Origin: a virus
Length of the DNA stretch: 64,000 nucleotides
IMG/VR virus record: IMGVR_UViG_3300034152_001291
Location: 60,704-124,703 of that record
Reading direction: 5' to 3' (one strand)
This document shows positions 1 through 9,680 of this stretch, one piece after another. The notes below the pieces were generated by a model. That model was not told the DNA's origin. It worked only from the letters and a program-made list of their open reading frames with translations, and ran no database searches. The translations under genes and the position numbers were made by a program. The stretch's first letter is position 1, and each line of letters starts with the position of its first letter.

Positions 1-567
1 TCCCAGATCACGGCTCCGCAGGCCGAGGCCCGCCAGGCCGCCACGCAGCGCCTGATGGAAAGCGGCTGGACCCCGGAGCAGGCTCAGCAGATGACCGCGT
101 TCATGGAGGGTCTGGGAGCCTTCCGGTCCACCGGAGTTCCGACCACACCGGCCCAGGGCCCTCCCGCCCCGGGAACTGCGCCCCCGGCCACCGGGGCCCC
201 CGCTCCGGGGCAGATTCCCGTCGAGGAACTTGGGCAGCTGATCGGAGGGGGAGTGCCTCCCGGGCTTCAGCAGGCATTCGAGCAGGCCGGGGTCCGCCAA
301 CCCTCGGGGATAATGCGGACCGTTCTCGATATCGCTCCCTACATCGGTCTCCCGATGGCGGCTTCCATGCTCGGGCTGGAGGGAATCGTTCCCCAGCTCG
401 GAGCCTTCGCGCTCGCTCCCTACGCCGGAGGCCGGCTCCAGTCCATGATGGGGTACGACCCGGCGATGGCGGAGCAGGTCAGGCAGCAGTATGCTCAACA
501 GCTCCTTCAGGGATTTCAGCAGGGGATGGGAAGGCAACGGACACTTCCCCCTCCTTCCATGAGTTAG
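1..567 (+). CDS. 5'-truncated Gln/Gly/Pro-rich protein, possibly virion-internal
   Basis: Frame is open from base 1 through ORF 55..567; low complexity with one hydrophobic stretch; directly precedes the prohead protease. Confidence 0.55.
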   Translation, partial: SQITAPQAEARQAATQRLMESGWTPEQAQQMTAFMEGLGAFRSTGVPTTPAQGPPAPGTAPPATGAPAPGQIPVEELGQLIGGGVPPGLQQAFEQAGVRQPSGIMRTVLDIAPYIGLPMAASMLGLEGIVPQLGAFALAPYAGGRLQSMMGYDPAMAEQVRQQYAQQLLQGFQQGMGRQRTLPPPSMS

Positions 568-574
568 AGGGAAA

Positions 575-3187
575 ATGATCACCGACGAAGGTCTTCTGAT
601 CACGCCTCTGGGGATGGACGTTCCCGAGTGGGGCCCGACGGCCATCCCGCTCCACCCCCGCGCCATGGAGAAGATCGCGTCGGGCATCTACATCCCGGAT
701 CGTCTCCTGGAGTTCATGGACCAGGTTCGGCCGAGGGATGACGGCCGCTACGTTCTTTTGCACGCGATCGGGGCGGGAGAGTATTGGGGATGTTTTCTGC
801 CGGGCTCCCCTGTATTGACGGAAAGCGGTAGGTACCTTCCCATCGAAAAGATCTCTAAGGGGATGCGGGTGATGGGCCGCAGCGGCCTTTTCAGGGAAGT
901 CCTCACTACATGGGAATACCGTCATCACCGTAGCGGTGTCCGGATCTCGGTGGAAGGTCTTGTCGATGATATAGGAACAACCCCAAACCACGAATTTCTC
1001 TCCCTCTCACATGAGGAGATTCTGTGCGCAAGAGATCGGACTGCGAGGTGTATTCCGGAGACGCAGGGCGCTCAAGGTATCTGCAAACGCCCCCAGTCGG
1101 TCGCTTGCGCCAAGAAGCCCAGGATCCTGACCGGGAAGTGGAGGCGTGCCGATAGCCTTGCCTTGAAGGATTTTCTGCTGTGCTCCATTCCGAAGCACGA
1201 CGCGCCTGCAATCTTCACCGAGGCGGAGGCTCGAGTAGTCGGTCTCTGGGTTGCTGACGGCAATTTCGTGTCGAATGGTGGTAGTGTCGACCTGGAGTTC
1301 TCAGTCTCCGATTCCGAGGCCTATCTGATCGACGACCTTCGGGCTCTCGGGTCTCCCCAGGTTTATAGAGGGCATGGGGCTTGTAAGTCTGTCCGGTTGA
1401 GGAACCACGAATTAGTGTCCAGAATCTATCGGCTGTTCGGCGAGTATTCTCATGGTAAACGGATTCCCGGAGACTTCGCCCGTCAGCCGGAGAACGTCAT
1501 ACTGGCTTTCCTTTCCGGCTACTTCGACGGCGATGGTTCTCAAAATCTGAAGGATGGCAGCGCCTACGCCCACACTGTCTCGAAGGATCTGGCTCTCGGA
1601 GTTCAGAGGCTTCTTTGGTCCGTCAGGATTCCGTCCACTGTCTGTCCCGCTCCGAAGGCCTATCATGTTCATTTCTCGCTCAGTAGAGGTAGAAGTCTGG
1701 CCGAGAAGTGTCGGAAATTCCGGAGGCACGCTCCGAAAGGACGGCCGCGTTACAGGCAGTTTTTCATCGATGACTACGTTTGTCTTCCGATTCGAAAGAT
1801 GGAGAGATTCGAGATCGACGGCCCGGTCTACGATCTCGAAGTGGAAGAAGAGCACACTTATAACGTGGCTCAAGTCGTCTGTCACAACAGCAACAAAAAT
1901 TCGGACTACTTCCCCGAGTGGAGTCTGAAGGGCGAGGAGATGCCTCCGGATGTGAAGGAGTACATCCGGGAGCACCGTCTGCCGATTCCGATCGAGTACG
2001 GGCACAAGACGTTCGAGAGGTACGGGTATCCTTACTTCCATCACAACAACCACGACCCGATCCATTCGATCGGCGAGCGAGTCTGCTGCTCGGCCTACAA
2101 CGACAGGATGCACCGGGTCGAGCTGATCGTTTTCATCCTGAAGAGAAAGGCCCCAGATGTGATTCGAAGGATCGACCGGGGCGAGCCGGTTCCCTGGTCA
2201 ATGGGGGCCAAGTTGCCTTTCGACGTGTGCGTGGTTTGCCGCCACCCGGCCCGGAAGAGGAGCGACTACTGTGAGCACCTTCGAAGCATGCTGGGGAGGA
2301 TTCTTCCTGACGGTCAGAGGGTTTTCTCCCTGAACTACTTCCCCAGGTTCTTCGACATCAGCGTGGTGAGCGTTCCGGCGGACCGCAGTGCCTACTCCTT
2401 GAAGAAGGTCGCCTCCTATCTCCAGGAAGGGAAGGCCAGGGTGGTCTGGACCCCGGGCATGGACCACGCGTCGGTAGAGCCGGTCCCCGTGGGAGGTTCA
2501 GAAGAGATGGAAAAGTTCGCCGGCATGCTCGACTACCTGGCGAGCGGAGGGGAGAAGTCCGCGGACATCGAGAAAGAGGTTCCGGCCCAGGAGCCCGCCA
2601 AGGACCTCGGAGAGAGTCCGATCCACCCTGATCTCTGGAAGGTCCTCTACGACATGGCGGCCAAGGATCGCGCCGGGACCCCCGAGATGGAGGGCGGTCT
2701 CCTCTCCAGCCTGAGGAGCGAACCCCTGAGAAAGGCCCTGACCGCCCTCACCTCCCTGGGGATCATGTTGAAGCCCAGGGAGGCTGACAGCCTGATCGGG
2801 GATCAGGAAATGCCAGACGGACTTGACGAAGAGGAACCTTCCTCTAAACTGTTAGATGAGTTGACGGGGCTGGTTCCGGAGCGATCCATGGTCGAGCCTC
2901 ATTTCTCGATCAGGATCATCCGGATTCGACGTCCGGATTCGTCCCCTTCGGACATCGTCAAGGAAGGGGGCGCCTACGACAGGTACCTGAAGTGGCTGAG
3001 ATCGATCGACCTCGAGAAGTTCGCGGAACTGGCGGAGCGTCCCGAGGTCGAGGCCGCGATGGCCGGGAAGGCGCTGAAAGAGAAAAGCCTGAACTTCCTG
3101 GACAAGACGGCCGGAAGGGACTTCGGTCCTTTCCTTCCTTTCGTCGCAGCCATGATGGTCGAGTCGGATCTCCGACCAACCCCGTAG
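575..3187 (+). CDS. Prohead (capsid maturation) protease interrupted by an intein
   Basis: Spliced extein reads GEYWG|SNKNSDYF...HHNN...WSMGAKLPFDVCVVC...YCEH...FFDISVVSVPAD, the HK97/assemblin-type protease pattern of large phages; lies upstream of capsid genes. Confidence 0.75.
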   Translation: MITDEGLLITPLGMDVPEWGPTAIPLHPRAMEKIASGIYIPDRLLEFMDQVRPRDDGRYVLLHAIGAGEYWGCFLPGSPVLTESGRYLPIEKISKGMRVMGRSGLFREVLTTWEYRHHRSGVRISVEGLVDDIGTTPNHEFLSLSHEEILCARDRTARCIPETQGAQGICKRPQSVACAKKPRILTGKWRRADSLALKDFLLCSIPKHDAPAIFTEAEARVVGLWVADGNFVSNGGSVDLEFSVSDSEAYLIDDLRALGSPQVYRGHGACKSVRLRNHELVSRIYRLFGEYSHGKRIPGDFARQPENVILAFLSGYFDGDGSQNLKDGSAYAHTVSKDLALGVQRLLWSVRIPSTVCPAPKAYHVHFSLSRGRSLAEKCRKFRRHAPKGRPRYRQFFIDDYVCLPIRKMERFEIDGPVYDLEVEEEHTYNVAQVVCHNSNKNSDYFPEWSLKGEEMPPDVKEYIREHRLPIPIEYGHKTFERYGYPYFHHNNHDPIHSIGERVCCSAYNDRMHRVELIVFILKRKAPDVIRRIDRGEPVPWSMGAKLPFDVCVVCRHPARKRSDYCEHLRSMLGRILPDGQRVFSLNYFPRFFDISVVSVPADRSAYSLKKVASYLQEGKARVVWTPGMDHASVEPVPVGGSEEMEKFAGMLDYLASGGEKSADIEKEVPAQEPAKDLGESPIHPDLWKVLYDMAAKDRAGTPEMEGGLLSSLRSEPLRKALTALTSLGIMLKPREADSLIGDQEMPDGLDEEEPSSKLLDELTGLVPERSMVEPHFSIRIIRIRRPDSSPSDIVKEGGAYDRYLKWLRSIDLEKFAELAERPEVEAAMAGKALKEKSLNFLDKTAGRDFGPFLPFVAAMMVESDLRPTP
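791..1888 (+). mobile_element. Intein (366 aa) with LAGLIDADG homing endonuclease, in prohead protease
   Basis: Starts CFLPGSPV, ends VYDLEVEEEHTYNVAQVVCHN followed by Ser; LAGLIDADG-like motifs VGLWVADG and FLSGYFDGDG. Confidence 0.93.
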
Positions 3188-3227
3188 AACGGAGGTGAGA
3201 AGGTCTCAACCTTCACAAGGAGGACCC

Positions 3228-3635
3228 ATGAAACTGGACTTCGAAAAGCTGATGACCGAGATCAGGACCAAAGGCCTCGACAAGAAGGCCGAGGCCCAGG
3301 GAGGTCTCGCCGGGGAAGACGAAGCGATGCAGAAGATCGCCGAGGACCTGGTCCATTCCGGCAAAATCTTCGGCCGCGCCCTGGTCGACGGTCTCCTCGA
3401 GAAGGCCGCGGAAGCCCCCGTCGGCGCGACGGGAGCGGCGTCCTCGTCCGAAGGCGACCCGGGGAACGACGACAGCCTCTGGAAGAAGATCTCCGACAAG
3501 GTGATGAACTTCCAGGGCCACGAGTCGGCGGGCTCCGCTCCTTCGGTGCCAGGCACCAATCCCAACGTGGTCGCCGAGAGCACCCAGCCGGCCCAGGAGA
3601 AGAAACCGAATCCGCCGGAACCCACCGGGGGGTAG
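3228..3635 (+). CDS. Hypothetical head/scaffold-region protein
   Basis: AGGAGG SD before ATG 3228; several K-x-A motifs. Confidence 0.7.
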   Translation: MKLDFEKLMTEIRTKGLDKKAEAQGGLAGEDEAMQKIAEDLVHSGKIFGRALVDGLLEKAAEAPVGATGAASSSEGDPGNDDSLWKKISDKVMNFQGHESAGSAPSVPGTNPNVVAESTQPAQEKKPNPPEPTGG

Positions 3636-3669
3636 GTTCTCTTCCCCGCGAACCGGGAGGACTGGCTGC

Positions 3670-3882
3670 ATGATCGACATGAAGAAATTGGCGGAAGCGT
3701 TCAAGTCCGGGTCTCGTTTTCTGGACGACGACGAGACCGTCCTTCTCGGCTCCGCCGTCGAGACGATCGCCCTCGAGAAGAAGGCAGGAAGACTGGAGGG
3801 GTTCGAATCGATCGATGAGAAGGGGATCGTGCTGCTGGGAGCGGCAGTCATGGACGACGTTCTGAGGAGTGTCTCAACATGA
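3670..3882 (+). CDS. Small hypothetical head-region protein
   Basis: GGGAGG SD; ATGA overlap with next gene. Confidence 0.6.
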   Translation: MIDMKKLAEAFKSGSRFLDDDETVLLGSAVETIALEKKAGRLEGFESIDEKGIVLLGAAVMDDVLRSVST

Positions 3883-4289
3883 GCCTCAAAGACATCTACA
3901 ACGACATGATCACCAAGGAGGCCGAGTACAAGATGGACCACGTGCGCGAGTTGTACGGCGAGGACCAGGAGCGGATCCAGGTCTTCGACCGGGCCCTCGA
4001 CCTCCTGAAGGAAGCGGAGGAAAAGGGAACCATCCGCTCCCTTTCGCCCTCCGAGAAGATCTCGCTGGCCTTCGAGGTCACCGAGGAGGAGATGGCGGAA
4101 AAGGACGCCGAGGCCTGGCGTCAGATCGGGGAGACGGTCTCCGAGCTGCTTCGGGACGAGTTCGACATCACCAAGGAGGACATCGAGAAGATGTCCGACG
4201 AGGAGGCCGAGGAGTTCGGCGTGTTCTGCGCCCGCCTCTACGCCACCGCGGTGACGGGGGACAACTACATCGGCGACTACGCGAAGTAG
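3879..4289 (+). CDS. Acidic helical hypothetical protein (head region)
   Basis: AGGAG SD, strong GC3 codon bias. Confidence 0.7.
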   Translation: MSLKDIYNDMITKEAEYKMDHVRELYGEDQERIQVFDRALDLLKEAEEKGTIRSLSPSEKISLAFEVTEEEMAEKDAEAWRQIGETVSELLRDEFDITKEDIEKMSDEEAEEFGVFCARLYATAVTGDNYIGDYAK

Positions 4290-4314
4290 GAACGCCGTTT
4301 CGAGGAGACCCTCG

Positions 4315-4581
4315 ATGGATCAGGTCGAGCTGCACAAGATGATCGAAGACGCGAAAAAGCAGGCCGAGGAAGTCGGACTTCCGAAGCCGAGGCAGGACCA
4401 GGCGCCCGAGGAGGAGATCACCTCAGAGGCCTCTGCCCTGGCCGACCTGATCGACCAGACCGCACAGGACGCGGAGATGGCCGACGAACTCAAGAAGCAG
4501 GCTCAGGAGGATCGTGCCCGCAACCTTTGCGTGGCGAAACTTCTGACCGCCTTCGACGTTCTTTCGGAGGTGGGTCGATGA
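4315..4581 (+). CDS. Acidic hypothetical protein (head region)
   Basis: GAGGAG SD, operon context. Confidence 0.65.
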   Translation: MDQVELHKMIEDAKKQAEEVGLPKPRQDQAPEEEITSEASALADLIDQTAQDAEMADELKKQAQEDRARNLCVAKLLTAFDVLSEVGR

Positions 4582-4952
4582 GCAACGAGAAAGAAATCGT
4601 TTCTCGGATCGGGAATCTCATCCGACGCCAGGAGAACATGATCAAGGAAGCGGGGTTTCGCGAAACGGACCTCAGGACCAAGGTCGCCTCCTTGACGGGA
4701 GAGAATCAGATCCTCCGGGACGTTCTGGGTCTCGTCGCCGACGGGATGATCGATCCGAGGGATGCCGCCGAGAAGGCAGCCGAGTTCATCGAAGAACCGG
4801 ACCAACTGCAAGCGCTCAAGGCGGCGGTCGCCATGGGATTCAACCAACTGCCGGCTGTGGGAGTCCCCACCGGCGAGGAACCGAGACTGGACGAGGACGA
4901 TCCCATCGGGAGAGTCCTCTCCGACCACGAAAGCCAGCTGCGGGGACTCTGA
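4578..4952 (+). CDS. Coiled-coil, scaffold-like protein
   Basis: GGAGG SD and ATGA overlap at 4578 (MSNEKE); lies just before decoration and capsid genes. Confidence 0.6.
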   Translation: MSNEKEIVSRIGNLIRRQENMIKEAGFRETDLRTKVASLTGENQILRDVLGLVADGMIDPRDAAEKAAEFIEEPDQLQALKAAVAMGFNQLPAVGVPTGEEPRLDEDDPIGRVLSDHESQLRGL

Positions 4953-4981
4953 AACAGCGGCCCTTGTGATGGGAGGAAATC

Positions 4982-5494
4982 ATGCCTCAGTCCGACTACG
5001 ACGCGCGGAAGACCACGTCGATCGTTCGTCTGAACTCGAAGCTGTCCGCGGCCAACCTGGAGCACCTGGAGGACGGCGGGGTCGACATCGACGAGGGGAT
5101 CTTCATCGCCGAGGACACCAACGGGAAAGCGAAGATCGCCGTGTCCACGGACCAGGCGGTCTTCATGAACTTCCTGGACACCGACAACCAGACGGTCCGG
5201 GACGTCCAGAAGGACCACTTCGACGACACCGCCCCGGAGCTCCCGGCCCAGGGCGGCGGTCTCACGGGCATCATCGGGAGCGACATACCCATCGGCCTCC
5301 ACAAGAGCCGCTGGGACGTCCAGGGAACCCCCGTGCGGGGCGACCTGGTCATCGTGGGCACCGGGGGAAAACCGAAGAACCAGCCCTACGCGAGCATCGG
5401 CGCGAACACCCCGTACTTCGGGGTGGTTCACAGGATCCGGGGGGAGTACCTCTGGTTCCTCTTCAGCTCGGCCGGACGCGTGAAGGGGTCGTAG
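4982..5494 (+). CDS. Probable capsid decoration / minor head protein
   Basis: 170-aa beta-rich, Gly-rich protein directly upstream of the major capsid gene; very strong codon bias. Confidence 0.55.
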   Translation: MPQSDYDARKTTSIVRLNSKLSAANLEHLEDGGVDIDEGIFIAEDTNGKAKIAVSTDQAVFMNFLDTDNQTVRDVQKDHFDDTAPELPAQGGGLTGIIGSDIPIGLHKSRWDVQGTPVRGDLVIVGTGGKPKNQPYASIGANTPYFGVVHRIRGEYLWFLFSSAGRVKGS

Positions 5495-5582
5495 GGACGA
5501 CCTTTCTCGGAGTGAGGGCTGAGCGTGGTGAGCAAGCCCTATTCTGAGGGCGAACAGGCCCCAATCTGAGAAGGAGAAAGCC

Positions 5583-6761
5583 ATGGACATGACTCCCGAA
5601 CGGTTCAACGCCCTCTTCGGCGAGGCCGTGCGCAGGGGCGGAGAGCTCCTGGAGAAGGTCGCCGATGCCGGCGATCTCTACGTGCAGAAGAAGCTGCGCG
5701 AGAACGCGTTCTGCCGGCGCATCGTCCCTCCGAAAACGGTAACGGAGCGCGAGTGTCAGCGCTCCCTGGTCCACGATTCGCTGGAATACGTGGACGACAT
5801 CGAGCCCGATTCCGTCGCCATGCACATCAACTGGCGGGGGGAGCCGGAGAAGTCGTGGATCCGCGGAGACCGCTACGCGATCCGCTTCCACACCATCTCC
5901 TCCGACATCTTCCAGAAGACGGAGTCGGAGCTCCGGGCATACCGCATGCCCATCACCAAGATCATCGAGCAGAACACCATCCGGGACATCCAGGAGCAGG
6001 AGGACGTGGCCTTCATGAGCCATGTCTACGCGGCCCTGTTCCTCGCCACGCGCGCCCGCTACAACAAGCTGGTCGCCCGCGGCGTCCTCTCCACGTCCAA
6101 GAACTTCACCGACGAGCTGGAGCTCGCCAACTTCCTGTTCACGCAGAACAAGGCGTACCAGGGGGTGTGGGCGGCGATCCCGAACAACGCCCTCAACCGG
6201 GCGAAGGCCTTCCACTCGAACATCCTCTTCTCGGACCAGACCGAGTTCTCCCGCATCGTGCTGCGGGACCTCACCCGTGTCGGGTCCGCGCGGGAGATGG
6301 ACTCGAAGGTCTTCCTGATGCACAAGTACGACCACGACGCGACCATCGCGTGGTCGCTGAACGAGGCGGGTCTCGAGATCACCTCGGAGATCGTCCGGGA
6401 CGGGTTCAAGTACACGACGATCGCGGGGTTCACCTACGTGACCACGATCCGCGACAACCCCGACCTCGTCCAGCCCGGGCAGATCTTCTCCTTCCCGAGC
6501 CCGCAGTTCCTGGGGAAGATCCTGATCCTGGACAACACCAAGTTCTACATCAACCGGCGCGGGCGCTTCATCGAGATGGAGGCCTGGGAAGAGATCGGGG
6601 CCGGCTTCGGCAACATCCTGGGCATCGGCTGCATCCTCCTGAAGGGTGCTGAGCTGACCATCCCGGTGCAGTTCCAGGACCCCGACGACTCGCTGACGGG
6701 CAAGGGGAGTCTCCGGATCATCAACGACAACACCCTCTCGTCCATCCCGTCGCCGGTGTAG
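5583..6761 (+). CDS. Major capsid protein (HK97-fold expected)
   Basis: 392 aa, extreme GC3 bias, strong SD, followed by a terminator; position after protease, scaffold and decoration genes. Confidence 0.75.
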   Translation: MDMTPERFNALFGEAVRRGGELLEKVADAGDLYVQKKLRENAFCRRIVPPKTVTERECQRSLVHDSLEYVDDIEPDSVAMHINWRGEPEKSWIRGDRYAIRFHTISSDIFQKTESELRAYRMPITKIIEQNTIRDIQEQEDVAFMSHVYAALFLATRARYNKLVARGVLSTSKNFTDELELANFLFTQNKAYQGVWAAIPNNALNRAKAFHSNILFSDQTEFSRIVLRDLTRVGSAREMDSKVFLMHKYDHDATIAWSLNEAGLEITSEIVRDGFKYTTIAGFTYVTTIRDNPDLVQPGQIFSFPSPQFLGKILILDNTKFYINRRGRFIEMEAWEEIGAGFGNILGIGCILLKGAELTIPVQFQDPDDSLTGKGSLRIINDNTLSSIPSPV

Positions 6762-6788
6762 TAGCCGCATGACGGCCGGAAAAACAGG

Positions 6789-6829
6789 AGCAGGCCCGCC
6801 CGCCGCCCGGCGGCGGGCCTGCTTTTGTT
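6789..6829 (+). terminator. Rho-independent terminator after major capsid gene
   Basis: AGCAGGCCCGC...GCGGGCCTGCT stem followed by TTTGTT. Confidence 0.75.
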
Positions 6830-6864
6830 AGAATCGAGGTGGAGCAGGAGAAAGGTAGGAGATC

Positions 6865-7419
6865 ATGGAACAGGTACAGGTCTACTCGATGGAAGGGAAG
6901 AAGATCGATCTGACCACCCTGGAGCTGTATCCCGGGAAGGTCACCGAGACCCAGAAGGACCAGCTCAACGAGAACGTCATGGCCGACCACGGGAAATCCC
7001 TGGTGGTGGCGGACATGGACGGGCGGGTGGTGCACCTCGGCAGCGCGGTCAGCGCGAAGTTCGTGGTCGAGCGCCTGGGCTGGCACGTGGAAGGCTACGT
7101 CGCCGAAAAGGCCAGGCCGTCCAAGACCGACGAGGCCAAGAAGGCCATGCCCGAGGTGGTGAGCAGAAGCGTGGAGGCCGAGAAGGAAGACAAGACGGAG
7201 ATGACCTCGACCGACGGCAACCGCGTGGAGAAGATCACGCCGGTCAAGGCCCGGGAGATGGCGGCGGCCACGGTCAGCGCAGCCGTCGAAACCGACGCGC
7301 CCAAGAAGGAGACCGACGAGGTTTCCGAAAAGGTCGAGGAGGAGGTCGAGGAGAAGGCCGAGGAGGTCCCCGAGGACAAGTCCAAGACCAAGAAGACGAA
7401 GAAGAACAAGAAGTCCTGA
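6865..7419 (+). CDS. Hypothetical protein with Glu/Lys-rich tail
   Basis: AGGAG SD, codon bias. Confidence 0.7.
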   Translation: MEQVQVYSMEGKKIDLTTLELYPGKVTETQKDQLNENVMADHGKSLVVADMDGRVVHLGSAVSAKFVVERLGWHVEGYVAEKARPSKTDEAKKAMPEVVSRSVEAEKEDKTEMTSTDGNRVEKITPVKAREMAAATVSAAVETDAPKKETDEVSEKVEEEVEEKAEEVPEDKSKTKKTKKNKKS

Positions 7420-7429
7420 GGACAGCCCG

Positions 7430-7921
7430 ATGGAGATTCGGGTACCCAAGCCGCTCGTCAGGGAGATGAGGGCCATGACCCGGGATTATCCCGAGGTCAA
7501 CTACATCGAGAAGAAGGAGGAGTCCCGGGATACGCAGCTCGCCAGGATTCTCTTCGAGGCCCTGGAAGAGCTGAACCTGGTTCCTCCCGTCTTCGACGAT
7601 CTCTGGACTTTCGAGGCCCTGCCGGTCAAGGCGGTCCGACCGCTCTTGGATTTGGCGAGGCTTCGGCTTCTCAACGAGCTCTGTCAATGGATGGTCCGGA
7701 ACGACTTCCGGTGGCAGGCTGGGGATGTTCAGGTGAACCTGTACGATCGGTGGAGGAGTTACCTCCAACTGTCCGCGCAGCTGGCGCCCCAGGCCCAGGC
7801 CATGGCCGCCAACATGAAGACGGCCGAAAACATGGGGAGGGCCTGGGGCGAGAACCTGACGGAGATGTACGACGCCTGGCGCGGGCTCCAGAACGCCGAC
7901 TGGCTCGTCGTGAACGTGTGA
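7430..7921 (+). CDS. Probable head-tail adaptor
   Basis: Helical 163-aa protein after capsid gene; assignment by synteny. Confidence 0.5.
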   Translation: MEIRVPKPLVREMRAMTRDYPEVNYIEKKEESRDTQLARILFEALEELNLVPPVFDDLWTFEALPVKAVRPLLDLARLRLLNELCQWMVRNDFRWQAGDVQVNLYDRWRSYLQLSAQLAPQAQAMAANMKTAENMGRAWGENLTEMYDAWRGLQNADWLVVNV

Positions 7922-7931
7922 GGACGATCCC

Positions 7932-8261
7932 ATGCAATACGAGGTCAACGGAAGAGACGATGTCGAGGCGGCCGGAACCGACGCCAACGACGTTCACGTC
8001 ACGGGGATCGGGTCCACCCATGCCAAAATCCGGAATCGGGACACGACCCAACACGTCATCTTCTCCCTGGGTCTCGCACCGACCTTTCCGGCAAGCTGGT
8101 CGAGGGTCGAACCGGAGAAGGAAGTTGAAGTCTTTCTGAACGGCGCGACCCAGATAAACCTTCGGAAGAAGGTGTACTACAGGAACATCGGCTGGAATCC
8201 GGACGAGACGACGAGGCTGAATGACGTGCCCGTCACCATCGAGGTGGAAGAGAAGGACTGA
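7932..8261 (+). CDS. Small beta-rich virion protein, paralog 1
   Basis: Clear sequence similarity to 8267..8626. Confidence 0.7.
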   Translation: MQYEVNGRDDVEAAGTDANDVHVTGIGSTHAKIRNRDTTQHVIFSLGLAPTFPASWSRVEPEKEVEVFLNGATQINLRKKVYYRNIGWNPDETTRLNDVPVTIEVEEKD

Positions 8262-8266
8262 TCGTC

Positions 8267-8626
8267 ATGCAGTACGAACTCCACGGAAGAGACGACGTCG
8301 AGGCGGCTGGAACCGATGCCGATGACCTCCAAATCACGGGGATTGCAACGGATTACGTGCGAATTACAAACATGGACGGAACTCAGCACGTGATCTATTC
8401 GCTCGGACCCTACGACGTCGGTCCTCCCATCACTCCGAAATTTCCTGACGACTGGACTCGAGTGGAGCCCGGCGCCAACATCAAGGTCCCCATGGGAGCC
8501 GAGACCCAGCTGAATCTTCGGAAGAAAGTGTATTACCGAAACATCGATTGGAATCCGGACGAGACGACGCGAGTGCTCGATGTGCCCGTCACCGTCGAGG
8601 TGGAGCAGGTCAACGACCCCGCGTGA
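8267..8626 (+). CDS. Small beta-rich virion protein, paralog 2
   Basis: Shares MQYE..GRDDVEAAGTDA and NLRKKVYYRNI.WNPDETTR with 7932..8261. Confidence 0.7.
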   Translation: MQYELHGRDDVEAAGTDADDLQITGIATDYVRITNMDGTQHVIYSLGPYDVGPPITPKFPDDWTRVEPGANIKVPMGAETQLNLRKKVYYRNIDWNPDETTRVLDVPVTVEVEQVNDPA

Positions 8627-8801
8627 GAGTTCTTCTTCTGCTCTTTCGTAAAAGTTCCGGGTCTACTCGGTCAGAAGGATGCGAGGAGGATCGAGCCCTG
8701 CGGGACATACTGCTCCTCGGCGTGTGGCGCTGTAAGCGTGAGTGCAGTCGCCCAGGCCGGTAGCGAGTGAGAGCCGGAAACCCCTCACGCGCGGTGACCG
8801 A

Positions 8802-9680
8802 ATGCAGACGGATCAGGTCCAGTTCGAAGACTTCAAGGTCTACCGCCCGTCCCCCGGGATGCTGGTGGCGTACTGGACCTTTCGTCCCACCATTCACAGC
8901 CTCGAAGAAGTATCGGTCAAGGTCTTCCGCTCGGATCATCCGGAAAGCGGTTTCGAGGAGGTCGGGGAGATCGCCTACCCGCAGACCTACTTCGTGGACC
9001 AGACCGCGAACCAGTACGACTTCTGGAGGCAGTTCTACTACAAGGTCACTGTTGTGGTGGACGACCGCACGATCGAGGCAGGGCCTGCGAAGGTGGGCTC
9101 CGACGCGGCGCCGATGACCGAGGAGATGGTGCGTCAAATCTCCATCACCCTTCGTTTCGGCGGCGAGCCTGTTTTCGTCTACATGAAGATTCATGGCGAG
9201 GTCCGCTGCCCGAATTGCTGGGATCCCGCCCTGAAAAAGGTGACGAGGAGCAAGTGCCCGACGTGTTTCGCTACCGGCTGGCTGGGCGGGTTCCGGCCCC
9301 CCGTCCTGACTTGCGGGCTTTTGATCAGCGAGGCGGAGACAGATCATCCCGATCAGACGAGCCGCCAGCCCGCTCAGACGACACTCCGAATCTCGAACTT
9401 TCCAGAGGTGAGATCGAGGGACATTATCCGGGAAGTGAACTCGGGAGAGATATGGAGGATCGTGAATGTCTCTCCCGTCAGGATGCACGACTATGTCACC
9501 CACCAGAATCTTACCTTGAAACGACTCGTGGCCTCCGAGGTGGAGCACTCGCTCCCCATCCCGGAGAACCTCGACTTCGTCATAACTCCTCATTGGGCCC
9601 ACGTGATTCGGCCCAACGTGGACAAGATCGCTCTCAATGACCCGGAAAAACCCATCGAAGACCGGAGGATTTGGCGATGA
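8802..9680 (+). CDS. Probable neck/head-closure protein with N-terminal beta domain and CxxC zinc finger
   Basis: CPNC...CPTCFATGW motif; position in head-tail block; ATG at 8802. Confidence 0.5.
   Translation: MQTDQVQFEDFKVYRPSPGMLVAYWTFRPTIHSLEEVSVKVFRSDHPESGFEEVGEIAYPQTYFVDQTANQYDFWRQFYYKVTVVVDDRTIEAGPAKVGSDAAPMTEEMVRQISITLRFGGEPVFVYMKIHGEVRCPNCWDPALKKVTRSKCPTCFATGWLGGFRPPVLTCGLLISEAETDHPDQTSRQPAQTTLRISNFPEVRSRDIIREVNSGEIWRIVNVSPVRMHDYVTHQNLTLKRLVASEVEHSLPIPENLDFVITPHWAHVIRPNVDKIALNDPEKPIEDRRIWR

Noticed and set aside
8720-8790. Hammerhead or twister ribozyme
   Set aside because: No CUGAUGA core and no convincing twister consensus; kept only as a generic structured RNA candidate.
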